From assembly GCF_006345805.1 (NCBI RefSeq), contig NC_042997.1, positions 184,078,001 to 184,142,000 on the forward strand: a stretch of DNA of 64,000 nucleotides, in the 5' to 3' direction. The stretch's first letter is position 1, and each line of letters opens with the position of its first letter. The notes under the pieces are model-generated. The model was not told the origin of the DNA, did not search any database, and saw only the letters and a program-made list of their open reading frames with translations. The stretch is from Octopus sinensis. Taxonomy: Eukaryota. Shown here piece by piece: positions 1 to 10,399 of this stretch. The position numbers were made by a program, and so were the translations under genes.

Positions 1-195
1 TGCGACACTTCATCGACTAAGAAGAGGTGGAAACTGCAGTGAAGGAGTTCTTTGCCCCAAAGGACAAGTAATGGAATCAGTGTGAGCTGGCATCAGACAG
101 TGCAACTTTGAATGCTTGACTGCTTTTGTTGTAGCTTGACGAATAAATCAAATAAGTTACCAAAATATTGTAAGACCTTTGATTCAATCTTATAT
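1..195 (+). mobile_element. Mariner-type transposase C-terminal remnant (pseudogenised)
   Basis: Frame 3 reads RHFID*EEVETAVKEFFAPKDK*W, resembling the mariner C-terminus (..EEVE..VKEFFASK...WY), with in-frame stops. Cut off by the window edge. Confidence 0.6.
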
Positions 196-196
196 A

Positions 197-356
197 GGCG
201 TAGGAGTGGCTGTGTGGTAAGTAGCTTGTTTACCAACCACATGGTTCCGGGTTCAGTCCCACTGCGTAGCATCTTGTTTAAGTGTCTTCTACTATAGCCT
301 CGGGCCGACCAAAGCCTTGTGAGTGGATTTGGTAGACGGAAACTGAAAGAAGCTCG

Positions 357-448
<92 letters not shown>

Positions 449-686
449 TATATATATATAATATATATATGTGTGTGTGTGTGTGTCTGTGTTTGTCCCC
501 CCAACATCGCTTGACAACCGATGCTGGTGTGTTTACGTCGCCGTAACTTAGCGGTTCGGCAAAAGAGACCGATATAATAAGTACTAGGTTTACAAAAAAT
601 AAGCCTTGGGGTCGATTTCTCGACTAAAGGCGGTGCTGCAGCATGGCCACAGTCAAATGACTGAAACAAGTAAAAGAGTAAATGAG
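197..686 (+). mobile_element. tRNA-derived SINE, family A (internal CA/TA/TG microsatellite)
   Basis: Head has A-box-like TGGCTGTGTGG and B-box-like GGTTCAGTCC, and the tail ends GAAACAAGTAAAAGAG. Close copies occur at 42556, 44322, 55778 and 58913. Confidence 0.9.
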
Positions 687-840
687 TTTCCGTATAACGT
701 ATATTGCAAATAAAAATGAAATCAAGTTTTAATTCATTAAAAGATCCCTTGACACCTGTTGGTAGTAGGTGCAGGTAGTAATCACGATATTTCGTGGAGC
801 TTCAATAATTTCTGTTCTTGGTTGTAATACAACCTTAAAA

Positions 841-1052
841 GGCGGCGAGTTGGCAGAATCGTTAGCATGCCGGGCAAAATGCTAAGTAGCATTTCGTTCG
901 TTTTTATATTCTGAGTTCAGATTCCGCCGAGGTCGGCTTTACCTTTCATCCTTTCGGAGTCGGCAAAGTAAATACCAGTCGAGCACTGAGGTCGATGTAA
1001 TCGACTTACCCCTACCCCGAAATTGCTGGCCTTGTGCCAATATTTGAAACCA
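841..1052 (+). mobile_element. tRNA-derived SINE, family B (diverged monomer)
   Basis: Matches the family B pattern GGCGGCGAG.TGGCAGAA..GTTAGC ... GAGTTCA.ATTCCGCCGAGGTC ... CCTTTCATCCTTTCGG; dozens of related copies occur in the window. Confidence 0.85.
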
Positions 1053-1100
1053 TTATAATACAGCATTATTTACATAAAAGTATTGCATTTCCTACTTAAT

Positions 1101-1410
1101 GACACACTGAAAGCCTTCAACATCGATTATGACACTTGGGAGCAGTCTGCTCTAGACAGAGAAGGGTAGCGATCAGCTGTCCACAAGGGTGCCAACAGAT
1201 GCGAGACCAATAGGATCGCTGCTGCAGAAGACCGCAGACAAGCTAGGAAGAACAGAGCTAACAACCCTTTAGTAGGCGCTACCATTTCCTGTCCACACTG
1301 TCAAAGACTCTTTCGGGCACAGATTGGCCTCACTAGCCATCTGTGGACTTACAAAACAAACCCACCCCAGGATGATTAGATGGTCTTCGTCGTATCGACG
1401 GACAAACTAC
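1101..1410 (+). mobile_element. RTE-clade LINE 3' fragment with C-terminal zinc-finger motif
   Basis: Translates to ..TISCPHCQRLFRAQIGLTSHL.., the CxxC..F..IGL.SH motif of RTE/BovB-like ORF ends, followed by a short 3' UTR. Confidence 0.75.
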
Positions 1411-1458
1411 ACACGTTTCCTGCCACGAAAAAAAAAAAATGAAACTAAATAGGTACAA

Positions 1459-1843
1459 TCTCTCTCTATATAAACGGCAGTTTGTCTGTGTGTGTTTCTG
1501 TGTGTCTGTTTGGTTGTACCCTCACTCTGACCACGGCTTTCAACCGATTCTGATGAAACTTGACACATACATAGCCCAATGTCATAATTCAAAACTAACG
1601 CAGCGAAAATTTTGAAAAGTTCCCCCAGTTCTGAAAAAAATCGATAAATTCGACATGGGGTCGAGAATCAGAAACACAAACCACAGACTGTCTAGGGGAC
1701 GCAACTCCACCTTTTTAACTCTCAAAAAAATTTACCATCATTTTTTTCCCCCATTTTTTGGCTATATTTTGGCTATAACTATCTAAAAATGCTTTATAGT
1801 TATTTCCCTTACAAACCCGAGCAACGCCGGGCGATACTGCTAG
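1459..1843 (+). mobile_element. Non-autonomous Helitron
   Basis: 5' TC, 3' hairpin CCCGAGC-AAC-GCCGGG (1816-1831) then CTAG, inserted between A and T. A near-identical copy lies at 48729-49103. Confidence 0.85.
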
Positions 1844-2203
1844 TATTATATAAGTACAATACATAAAAAATTCAATATTTTCAAGAATACTAAATAATTA
1901 AGTGTAACTGTTCTTTCAATAGTTCTTTTGATGTGAGTACAATGGTTCATTAATTTGACCGAGTTGCTATGAAAATGATTCATCAGGAGTCAGCGAAGAT
2001 AAGTCAAAGCGATTTTTCATGAATTTCAATACCTTTAGTAAGAACACTCTTGTCATACGTAATCTCAGCTCTGTAATCGTGTTTCACGTTATGATATTTG
2101 TTGCGTTATCTTATCAACCACAAGGTAGACAAATGTGACTACATTAAGGATTTGATTCCAATAACTCAATTTAGATTAAAAGGTTGTTTTCCCACATAAT
2201 AAC

Positions 2204-2498
2204 TGTTACACATTCATATGTATGTGTTTGCGTATGCCAAACTGCTCCCCACTCTTGGCACTATTTGTTAGTGAACAGTACAAACTGTGTGTAAAGTATA
2301 TAATGTATTACTACGCCGAATGTTGTCGTCCGTGTAACATGTAAAGATAATAAACACGTAAACATAACAATGGTTTTCAATTGGTTGTCCATCCCATTAG
2401 AACCCAAAATACACACAACATGGTGGCAGCGGTAAATAAAGAAACGGAAACTGTGCCTTTACAACAAATCTGAAACACATACATATGAATGTGTAACA
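2204..2498. mobile_element. 295-bp TG..CA element with 26-bp perfect terminal inverted repeats, containing an LTR-like segment and PBS
   Basis: TGTTACACATTCATATGTATGTGTTT (2204-2229) is the exact reverse complement of 2473-2498, with ATAAC on both flanks. TGGTGGCAGCGGT lies at 2421-2433. Confidence 0.55.
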
Positions 2499-2507
2499 AT
2501 AACATTA

Positions 2508-3100
2508 CCTTTTTCTTTACTACACACATGGGGCTAAACACAGAGAGGATAAACAAGGACACACAAACGGATTAAGTCGATTACATCGACCCCAGTACTT
2601 ATTTAATCGACCCCGAAAGGATGAAAGGCAAAGTCGACCTCGGCGGAATTTGAACTCAGAACGTAGCGGCAGACGAAATACCTATTTCTTTACTACCCAC
2701 AAGGGGCTAAACACAGAGAGGACAAACAAGGACAGACAAACGGATTAAGTCGATTATATCGACCCCTGTACGTAACTGGTACTTAATTTATCGACCCCCG
2801 AAAGGATGAAAGGCAAAGCCGACCTCGGCGGAATTTGAACTCAGAAAGTAACGTCAGACGAAATACCTATTTCTTTATTACCCACAAGGGGCTAAACACA
2901 GAGGGGACAAACAACGACAGACAAACGGATTAAGTCGATTACATCGACCCCAGTGCGTAACTGGTACTTAATTTATCGACCCCCGAATGGATGAAAAGTT
3001 AAGTCGACCTCGGCGGAATTTGAAATCAGAACGTAACGGCAGACGAAATACCAGTAAGCATTTCGCCCGGCGTGCTAACGTTTCTGCCAGCTCGCCACCT
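2508..3100 (-). mobile_element. Family B SINE trimer
   Basis: One head plus three tandem ~190-bp bodies; 11-bp TSD ATAACATTACC at 2499-2509 and 3109-3119. Confidence 0.9.
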
Positions 3101-3354
3101 TCCACATGATAACATTACCGATACACTTTTTCAACAGAACCTTTCAGGGTGAGGAAAGTGACATTAGCATGCTCATTACTGTAGCTATTTTCCGAGAAAT
3201 GACGAAGAGGCGTCGACGAAGTGTCAAGTTTGTGGTTGTATACAATAAGAATGGCATCAATTGTTTAGGCATTGAGCAGAAAAGTTCCCCATGCAGAGAA
3301 ATGTAGAATTTTAATGTCACGCTGTTCCATGATACATATGTTATAGTCACCCAG

Positions 3355-3572
3355 GGCGGCGAGCTGGCAGAAACGTTAGCACGCCGGGCGAAATGCGTAG
3401 CCGTATTTCGTCTGTCGTTACGTTCTGAGTTCAAATTCCGCCGAGGTCGACTTTCATCCTTTCGGGGTCGATAAATTAAGTACCAATTACGCACTGGGGT
3501 CGATGTAAACGACTTAATCCCTTTGTCTGTCCTTGTTTGTCCCCTCTGTATTTAGCCCCTTGTGGGTAGTAA
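3355..3572 (+). mobile_element. Family B SINE monomer
   Basis: Close match to the family B consensus; head-to-head with the trimer at 2508-3100. Confidence 0.9.
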
Positions 3573-3759
3573 CCACCTCCCCAAAAAACAAAACAAAACA
3601 AAACAAAAAAAACAAACAAACAAATGTTATGGTCACCAGAAGAGGAGTATAGGGTCGAAAGGCTGATCGGGATAGCTTTATTGTGTAAGACAGTCTTCAG
3701 TTCTTTACGTAGAATAGACATATTCAGAAATACCTCACACAATACATACGAACGCCATC

Positions 3760-3829
3760 AAAGGAAACTGTATAACACCTATAAAGGTGTACAAAGGAAA
3801 CTCTATAACACCTATAAAGGTGTACAAAG
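3760..3829. repeat. 33-bp tandem duplication containing the hairpin ACACCT-ATAA-AGGTGT
   Basis: AAAGGAAACT(G/C)TATAACACCTATAAAGGTGTAC occurs twice in tandem. Confidence 0.85.
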
Positions 3830-4168
3830 TTTTTGTCTCAGTAGGTTTCGTTGAACCAATTGAAGCACTTGGTACTGCATTGTTGTTATTTTCTTTCTTC
3901 CCTTTTTCAAAAATTTTTGTTCTTGTTTTTATTTTGTAAAATATATTCCTGTTCATGGTTTGAATAAAATATTTGCAATTTATTGCACATTAACTTCGCA
4001 TAAATACCACAAAAAAAGAATATTTACGAATAATTGCGAAAATGCATAAATTTACATAACATTTGGAAACACCTTGCTTTTGTAAGGGTAGTTAGTCGAG
4101 AACTCCGCTTACCGAACACCAGTAAGTTTCAAGGTTAAACAGGAGCCAATGCACGCAGTTTCCCGGGC

Positions 4169-4715
4169 GCGAAATTTTTTCCTACGAAAGTTCCGGACCC
4201 CAGCAATGAACTCATTTGCATGCAGCCAATCAGAGCTCACCTTGACCATGCCAAGTTAACAAACACACTCTACCAAATAAACTCAAGACGGAAAATGGTA
4301 TTGTAAGTCGACCGATCGCCAAGTTATGCCTGATTTTAGAAGGAGACAAGTAATTAGATAGATTTGCATCTATACTCATTATCGGATTTTGTTAGGCCCC
4401 CATATGGTAAAGATGTGGATGGGGAAAATGTGAGTAGAGGGTGATGCGCTAGCAATCCTCTCCCCTTACTGTTTTACAAAGTAAACAACATCACAAATAA
4501 CTACGCAGAGGCAATCATGGTTGAAACTAGAACAAGAACAACAAGCATTATTAAAAAAGAAAAGAAGCACGGTCATTCCTAACCCAAGTGACCTTATCTT
4601 ATCGCCTTCCACTTGTTATGCGCGCATAAATTAGTTTGATAGTTGTGCTCTGATTGGCTGTATGCAAATGAATTCATAACTGGGGTTCGGAACTCTCGTG
4701 GGGAAAAAAAATTCG
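4169..4715. repeat. ~70-bp imperfect inverted repeat pair, each arm carrying octamer and CCAAT motifs
   Basis: 4169-4239 matches the reverse complement of 4644-4715. ATTTGCAT at 4214 and 4362, ATGCAAAT at 4662. Confidence 0.75.
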
Positions 4716-4999
4716 TTTCCTGGATGTCCTTTCAACGGCTTTATAGCGCATCGGCCAGTCTCACTGATGTGAGGCCCTCGCTTACTGGATTGACTCATTT
4801 ATTCGATCTTAAGCATTTCAGGACCATAATGACAGCAATTTTTGCGATAAAAACAGGAAGTATCGCTGTTGATCTTGCGTCACATGATCGCACATTATAC
4901 ATTTAAAAATATGTGCTTCACCTACAAAAATGTTTCGTAAATATGATGCAAAAATTTGCACTGTCACTTGCTCCACTAATCATTGGTACCCCTAGTGAA

Positions 5000-5315
5000 G
5001 GCGCGTGGCTTAGTGGTTAGGGGCATTCGGCTCATGATCGTAAAGTCGTGAGTTCAATTCCCGGCGGTACGTCGTGTCCTTGAGCAAGACATTTTATTTC
5101 ACGTTGCTCCAGTCCACTCAGCTGGCAAAACTGAGTAGTACCTGTATTTCAAAGGGCTAGCCTTGTCACACTGTGTCACGCTGAATCTTCCCGAGAACTA
5201 CGTAAAGAGTATACATGTTTGTGGAGTGCTCAGCCACTTGCACGTTAATTTCACGAGAATGCTGTTCCGTTGATCGTATCAGCTGGGACCCTCGTCGTCG
5301 CAACCGACGGAGTTC
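5000..5315 (+). mobile_element. tRNA-derived SINE, family C
   Basis: Head GGCGCGTGGCTTAGTGGTTAGGG..CTCATGATC..GAGTTCAATTCC, core GTGTCCTTGAGCAAGACA..CCAGTCCACTCAGCTGG. Other copies at 12520, 27410 and 63295. Confidence 0.85.
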
Positions 5316-7172
5316 TCCTGGTACCTCTAGCAAAATTCACTCTTTTTAAATTATTCGGTCCAGACCTATACTTTCCCAGCCCTAGATCTTTCCCTGCAGA
5401 CTTTGAGTGTGTCAACTGTATCATCAATATTATCAATGTGTAAGGTAGTGAGCGGACAGAATCGTTAGCATACCGGGCAAAATGCTTAGCGGTATTTCGT
5501 CTGTCTTTACATTGTAAGCTCAAATTCCTCCGAGATCGACTTTGACTTTCATCATTTCCGGATAGATAAAATAAATACCAGCTGAACACTGGGGTCGATG
5601 TAACCGACATATCCCCTTCCTCGAAATTGTTGACCTTGAGCCAAAGTTTGAAATCAATATTGTCAATGTGTGATATCCTACGAGGATCATATGTGCAACA
5701 TCTCTTCCAATGGATGACTCATCAAAACATATGTTGTTTATCTGTTGTTACAATTATTATAATAAGTAGCTTGTTTTTAAATTTTAAACAGCCCTGGACG
5801 GATTTTGATTACAATTGCATGAATGATTTCAGTTCACCGAACTTTGTCAGCTCACTATTTTATATAGTAGATAGGATGTTGAACTCATGACAGCGAGATA
5901 GTGGTGTCGATTCTCAGACCGGCGGTGCGTTGTGTTCTTGAGCAAAACACTCCATTTCACGTCGCTCTAGTCAACCCAGCTGTAAATGGATAACCCTGCA
6001 ACGAACTGGCGTTCTGCTCAGGGGGAATGTTGACCTGCCCCCCCTAATCAGCGAGGTGACATCATTTGAAAGATACAACAATATGAAGAATCGCATTGTA
6101 TTCAGCGGTGTAACAACATCCGATAGTCTGATCGATACAATGATACAATGATTTTACGTATGTAAAGCCCTTACCATATTTTCATATAGTAGGCAGAATG
6201 ATGCCTTGTGGTATTTTATCTCAACTCTATTGTTGGTAATCATAATCAGTATCACTTACTGTTTCTCTATTTCTATATATACTGATCACCTCCAAATCTT
6301 GCTGAATATGCGTCACTGAAGAGACCTGATAACTTTGAAACATGTCCGTTGCCTTCACTAATTGGTTTTAACGACAACGGCTACGACAATATAAATCTGT
6401 CTGATTTATATTGATTATACAAACGACAACGACAATATATATTGTATTGTATATATATTTTTATTGTCGATATATATTTATATATTTATATTGTCGACAA
6501 CGACAATATAAATCTGTCTGATTTATATTGGTTTTAAATTTTTGCACAAAGCCAGCAATTTCGGAGGAGGGCATAAGTCGATTATATCAATCCTAGTATT
6601 CAGATGGTACTTACGTATTTTATCAACCCCGGTGGCCTTTGAACTCAACGTGAAGACGGACGAAATGTCAATTCGCCGCCTTCTGTCTGATTTATACTGT
6701 CGAACATTTCTATAAAATCTTCTAAGAATTATCTCCTTTGCTTGTTGATTTACGAGTTTAACCCTTTTGTTATCATACTCCTGTGGAAATACCCTGCCTT
6801 TGTTTTAATTAATTATGGAAATAAATGAAGAATTTAGAAAAAGGAATGTATTGACGCTCAGTAAAAAGAGTTTCTGACGTTTCGAGCAAAGCTCTTCGTC
6901 GGAAGGGAGAAAGTGAAAAGTTCAAAGAAGGAAAAGAAATCACCAACAGTACGTGTGTAGTTATACTTCCGACTGATTTGGAGTACATGATTCATGGATT
7001 TTCTTGCTCTACCCTTGGATTACTTTACCTTTAAATTCCTTCGGAGTACGTCGTTTCTGCACCTTTGATTGTGAATCATTTTAATTTGTCATCATTAAGC
7101 TGGCTTTAGTAAATAAATTTACATGAAAGTTTACTGGAAGATTTTAATTTTGGTCGCAATAAAACAAGAAGT

Positions 7173-7800
7173 TTGAATCACAAAACCATTTCTATAAAAG
7201 AAATGGAGAAACTTTCAAAATACAAAGACCTGGAAATAGAGGTAACTCGAATGCGGAGTCTAAAAACAGAAGCAATTCCTATCATAGTGGGTGCATTAGG
7301 TATGATAAAAAAAAAATCAGACAAATACATAACAAAAACACGAGGACTAACAAATATATATTTAACATACAGAAAATAGCACTACTAGGCACTGCACACA
7401 TTCTACGTAAAACACTTTCAATACAGTAACCATAAGAGCATCACGACAATCCACAACACATACCTATTTCTTTACTACCCTCAAGGGGCTAAACACAGAG
7501 AGGACAAACAAGGACAGACAAACGGATTAAGCTGATTATATCGACTCCAGTGCGTAACTGGTACTTAATTTATCGCCCCCGAAAGGATGAAAGGCAAAGT
7601 CGACCTCGGCGGAATTTGAACTCAGAACGTAACGACAGACGAAATACTGCAAAGCATTTCGCCCGGCGTGCTAACGTTTCTGCCAGCTCACCGCCTTTCC
7701 ACAGCACATACCCAAGGCACACAGAGCTGTGCTCGGTAGTGCAGTGAAAGCACGTGAAAAAAATAAGAGTACTGAATAATAATAATAATAATAATAATAA
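7173..7800 (+). mobile_element. R4/Dong-like non-LTR retrotransposon 3' remnant (restriction-like endonuclease end, 3' UTR, (AAT)n tail), interrupted by a SINE
   Basis: KEMEKLSKYKDLEIEVTRMRSLKTEAIPIIVGALG matches the KE.EK..KY.DL..E......IP.V.GALG end of RLE-type ORFs. (AAT)n at 7775-7800. Confidence 0.75.
7465..7698 (-). mobile_element. Family B SINE inserted in the LINE 3' UTR
   Basis: 14-bp TSD CCACA(A/G)CACATACC at 7451-7464 and 7699-7712. Confidence 0.9.
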
Positions 7801-8987
7801 AAGATATAAACGACAGTGAACGAACATTAACAACCAAAACAGTTTCTAAAATGGGTAGAAAGACACAAGAAGTGCTGAAGAGTGGGGAGAAGAATCGGTT
7901 CGATCGATGCTTGACTGATTCCTATTTCAAGGACCCCGAGAAGACGAGATGTGAAGTTGGACCTGGCAGGATTTTAACAGAGTGCTAGTTACCGTTATCG
8001 ATGTTGTTCAGCTCCAAACCAACCTCAACAGAAAAACGCATTCAGGACTACATTATCCAATGTGTACTTTTTTTTTTAAGACAGTAGAGTTGTATTTTAG
8101 GTAAGTTTAGCTGTTGATTCTAACATGTCGAGAGACCACGTAGAAGTTTCCTCATTTGTTCGCTCCATTATTTCCTTCCTATGTATTTAAAATACCCCTC
8201 TTAATCAATCCCTTGTAGCACTCCGTCCTCACATAACTGTTCGTTTTTCACTCTCCTGTTTGCTTCAAACTCTCCTCTGTACATAATAAGTTATTTCACC
8301 GTCTATAGCTACTCCATTACCTTTCCTTTAATAACGGTAACTTAGAGGAAGACGTATAATCGATTATATTGGAATTAAACACTTAATAGGTACTGATTTT
8401 ATTGACAACCCACTTCCACTCCAGAAGTATGAAGAACAAAGAAGTCAAACTTGGCCTGTTTTGAACTCAGAACGTAAAAGGAAGAAAGATCGATAAAAAG
8501 AAAATTAGGTTGGGAGTTTTTGTAGTTTTTTTTTCTGAACGTTTTTGTGGAGAGGGTATGCTTTTCGTCCTGCACCCAACCGAGCCAGTGACACCACCAC
8601 CCTTCCGAAACAACAATAGCAACAGCATTAACAATATTATCAAAAATTAATTGATGCAAATCGACAATCATTAGGAGATAGGACAAAATAAAATGCAACG
8701 TTTCTTCCTGTCGTCTGCGCTTTGAGTCCAGATCTCGCCGAGGTTAATTATGCTTTTCATTCTTTCGGGATCGATAAAATACAAAACCAATTTAGAGAAG
8801 TGAATTGGTGGATTTGTTAAAGCGTAGAGCCAGATGCCTTACGATATTTGTTCGGAAGACCTTTGCGTTCTGAATTCTAGGATCGTAGACTTTACCTGTT
8901 GCTTCATTTAATAGCGCCGCATACTCATTAGAAGCCTTTAAAAGAGTTCGCTCAATTGCAAGTAATTGGTTTAGGAGTCCCTGCAGC

Positions 8988-9427
8988 AAGCTGGCAGAAA
9001 CGTTAGAATGCCGGGCAAAATGCTAAGCGGTATTTCGTCTGCCGTTACGTTCTGAGTTCAAATTCCGCCGAGGTCGATTTTGCCTTTCATCCTTTCGGGG
9101 TCGATAAATTAAGTACCAGTCACGCACTGGGGTCGATATAATCGACTTAATCCGTTAGTCTGTCCTTGTTTGTCCACTCTATGCTTAGCCCCTTGTGGGT
9201 AGTAAAGAAATAGGTATTTTGTCTGCCGCTGCGTTCTGAGTTCAAATTCGACTTAATTAAGTCGATTACATCGACCTCAGTGCGTAACTGGTACTTAATT
9301 TATCGACCCCGAAAGGATGAAAGGCAAAATCGACCTCGGCGGAATTTGAACTCACAACGTAACGGCAGCCGAAATACCGCTAAGCATTTCGCCCGACGTG
9401 CTAACGATTCTGCCAGCTCGCCGCCCT
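8988..9427. mobile_element. Family B SINE foldback pair (plus copy fused to inverted copy)
   Basis: Plus copy 8988-9247 and minus copy 9257-9427 are joined through the palindrome TCGACTTAATTAAGTCGA (9248-9265). Confidence 0.85.
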
Positions 9428-9959
9428 CCCGGGCCCAATAACTGCGAAGAGAATCGCTCAACTATATGGTCATGCCTGTGTTTTGAATAAGAAAAAAAAA
9501 AAACATTAGATAAGGTGATAAGGATTCCCCCCCAAAATGGATAGTTGCAACTGGAATTCTTTTGCTCATAGGCCTGACGGGTTTAAATTCTTTTGGCCAT
9601 AAGTTTGGGTTGACTTGGGGGCTAAACAACATTACACTAAACTATACTACACAACACAAAATGATCAAAACTACATGACCCAATGCGGGAGCTTCTACGA
9701 GGTCGTTCTACCTACGAGAAATAGCAGCAAAATTTTACATCTTATAAAAAAAAAACCCCATTATACTCTAAGTACACTCTTCCAGAAGATAAAATGGTAC
9801 GGTCATAACTACAGTGGTCTATGATCATAAATCTGTCTTTGGAGGCTGACTTTGAGTTGAACAACGACAGCATCAATAGCACTATTGTAAACCAGGTTTT
9901 CATAGAATATAGAATGTACGTTGAACTATATAGCACTACACAATACTATCTGCCCAGAA

Positions 9960-10355
9960 GGCGGCGAGCTGGCAGAAACGTTAGCACGACGGGTGAAATG
10001 CTTAGCGGTATTTCGTCCGCCGTTACGTTCTGAGTTCAAATTCCGCCGAGGTTGACTTTGCCTTTCATCCTTTCGGGGTCGATTAAATAAGTACCAGTTA
10101 CGCACTGGGTCGATATAATCGACTTAATCCGTTTGTCTGTTCTTGTTTGTCCCCTCTATGTTTAGTCCCTTGTGGGTAGTAAAGAAATAGGTATTTCGTC
10201 TGTCTTTACGATCTGAGTTTAAATTCCGCCGAGGTCGACTGTGCCTTTCATCCTTTCGGGGTCGATAAATTAAGTACCAGTTACGTACTTGGGGTCGATC
10301 TAATCGACTGGCCCCCTCCTCCAAAATTTCGGGCCTTGTGCCTAGAGTAGAAAGG
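9960..10355 (+). mobile_element. Family B SINE dimer
   Basis: Head plus two bodies; 15-bp TSD AATACTATCTGCCCA at 9942-9956 and 10356-10370. Confidence 0.9.
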
Positions 10356-10399
10356 AATACTATCTGCCCATCCTTCAGCGCCCACTATTCCTGTAAGGG

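Noticed and set aside
197-275. tRNA genes at SINE heads (also 5000, 35148, 42556 and others)
   Set aside because: A/B boxes are present, but there is no complete cloverleaf or acceptor stem, and each continues into a SINE body.
4113-4181. 69-nt minus-strand segment with AG/GT consensus ends
   Set aside because: Overlaps the inverted-repeat arm, the peptide is unrecognised, and equally good plus-strand donors lie nearby, so it is likely chance.
5788-5870. Possible plus-strand exon PWTDFDYNCMNDFSSPNFVSSLFYI
   Set aside because: Acceptor plausible but donor weak (GTAGAT); no recognisable homology and no supporting neighbouring exons.
7550-7747. Recurrent MRNWYLIYRPRKDERQSRPRRN.. ORFs that look like a gene family
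   Set aside because: Antisense reading of the family B SINE consensus; copies carry frameshifts and follow SINE boundaries.
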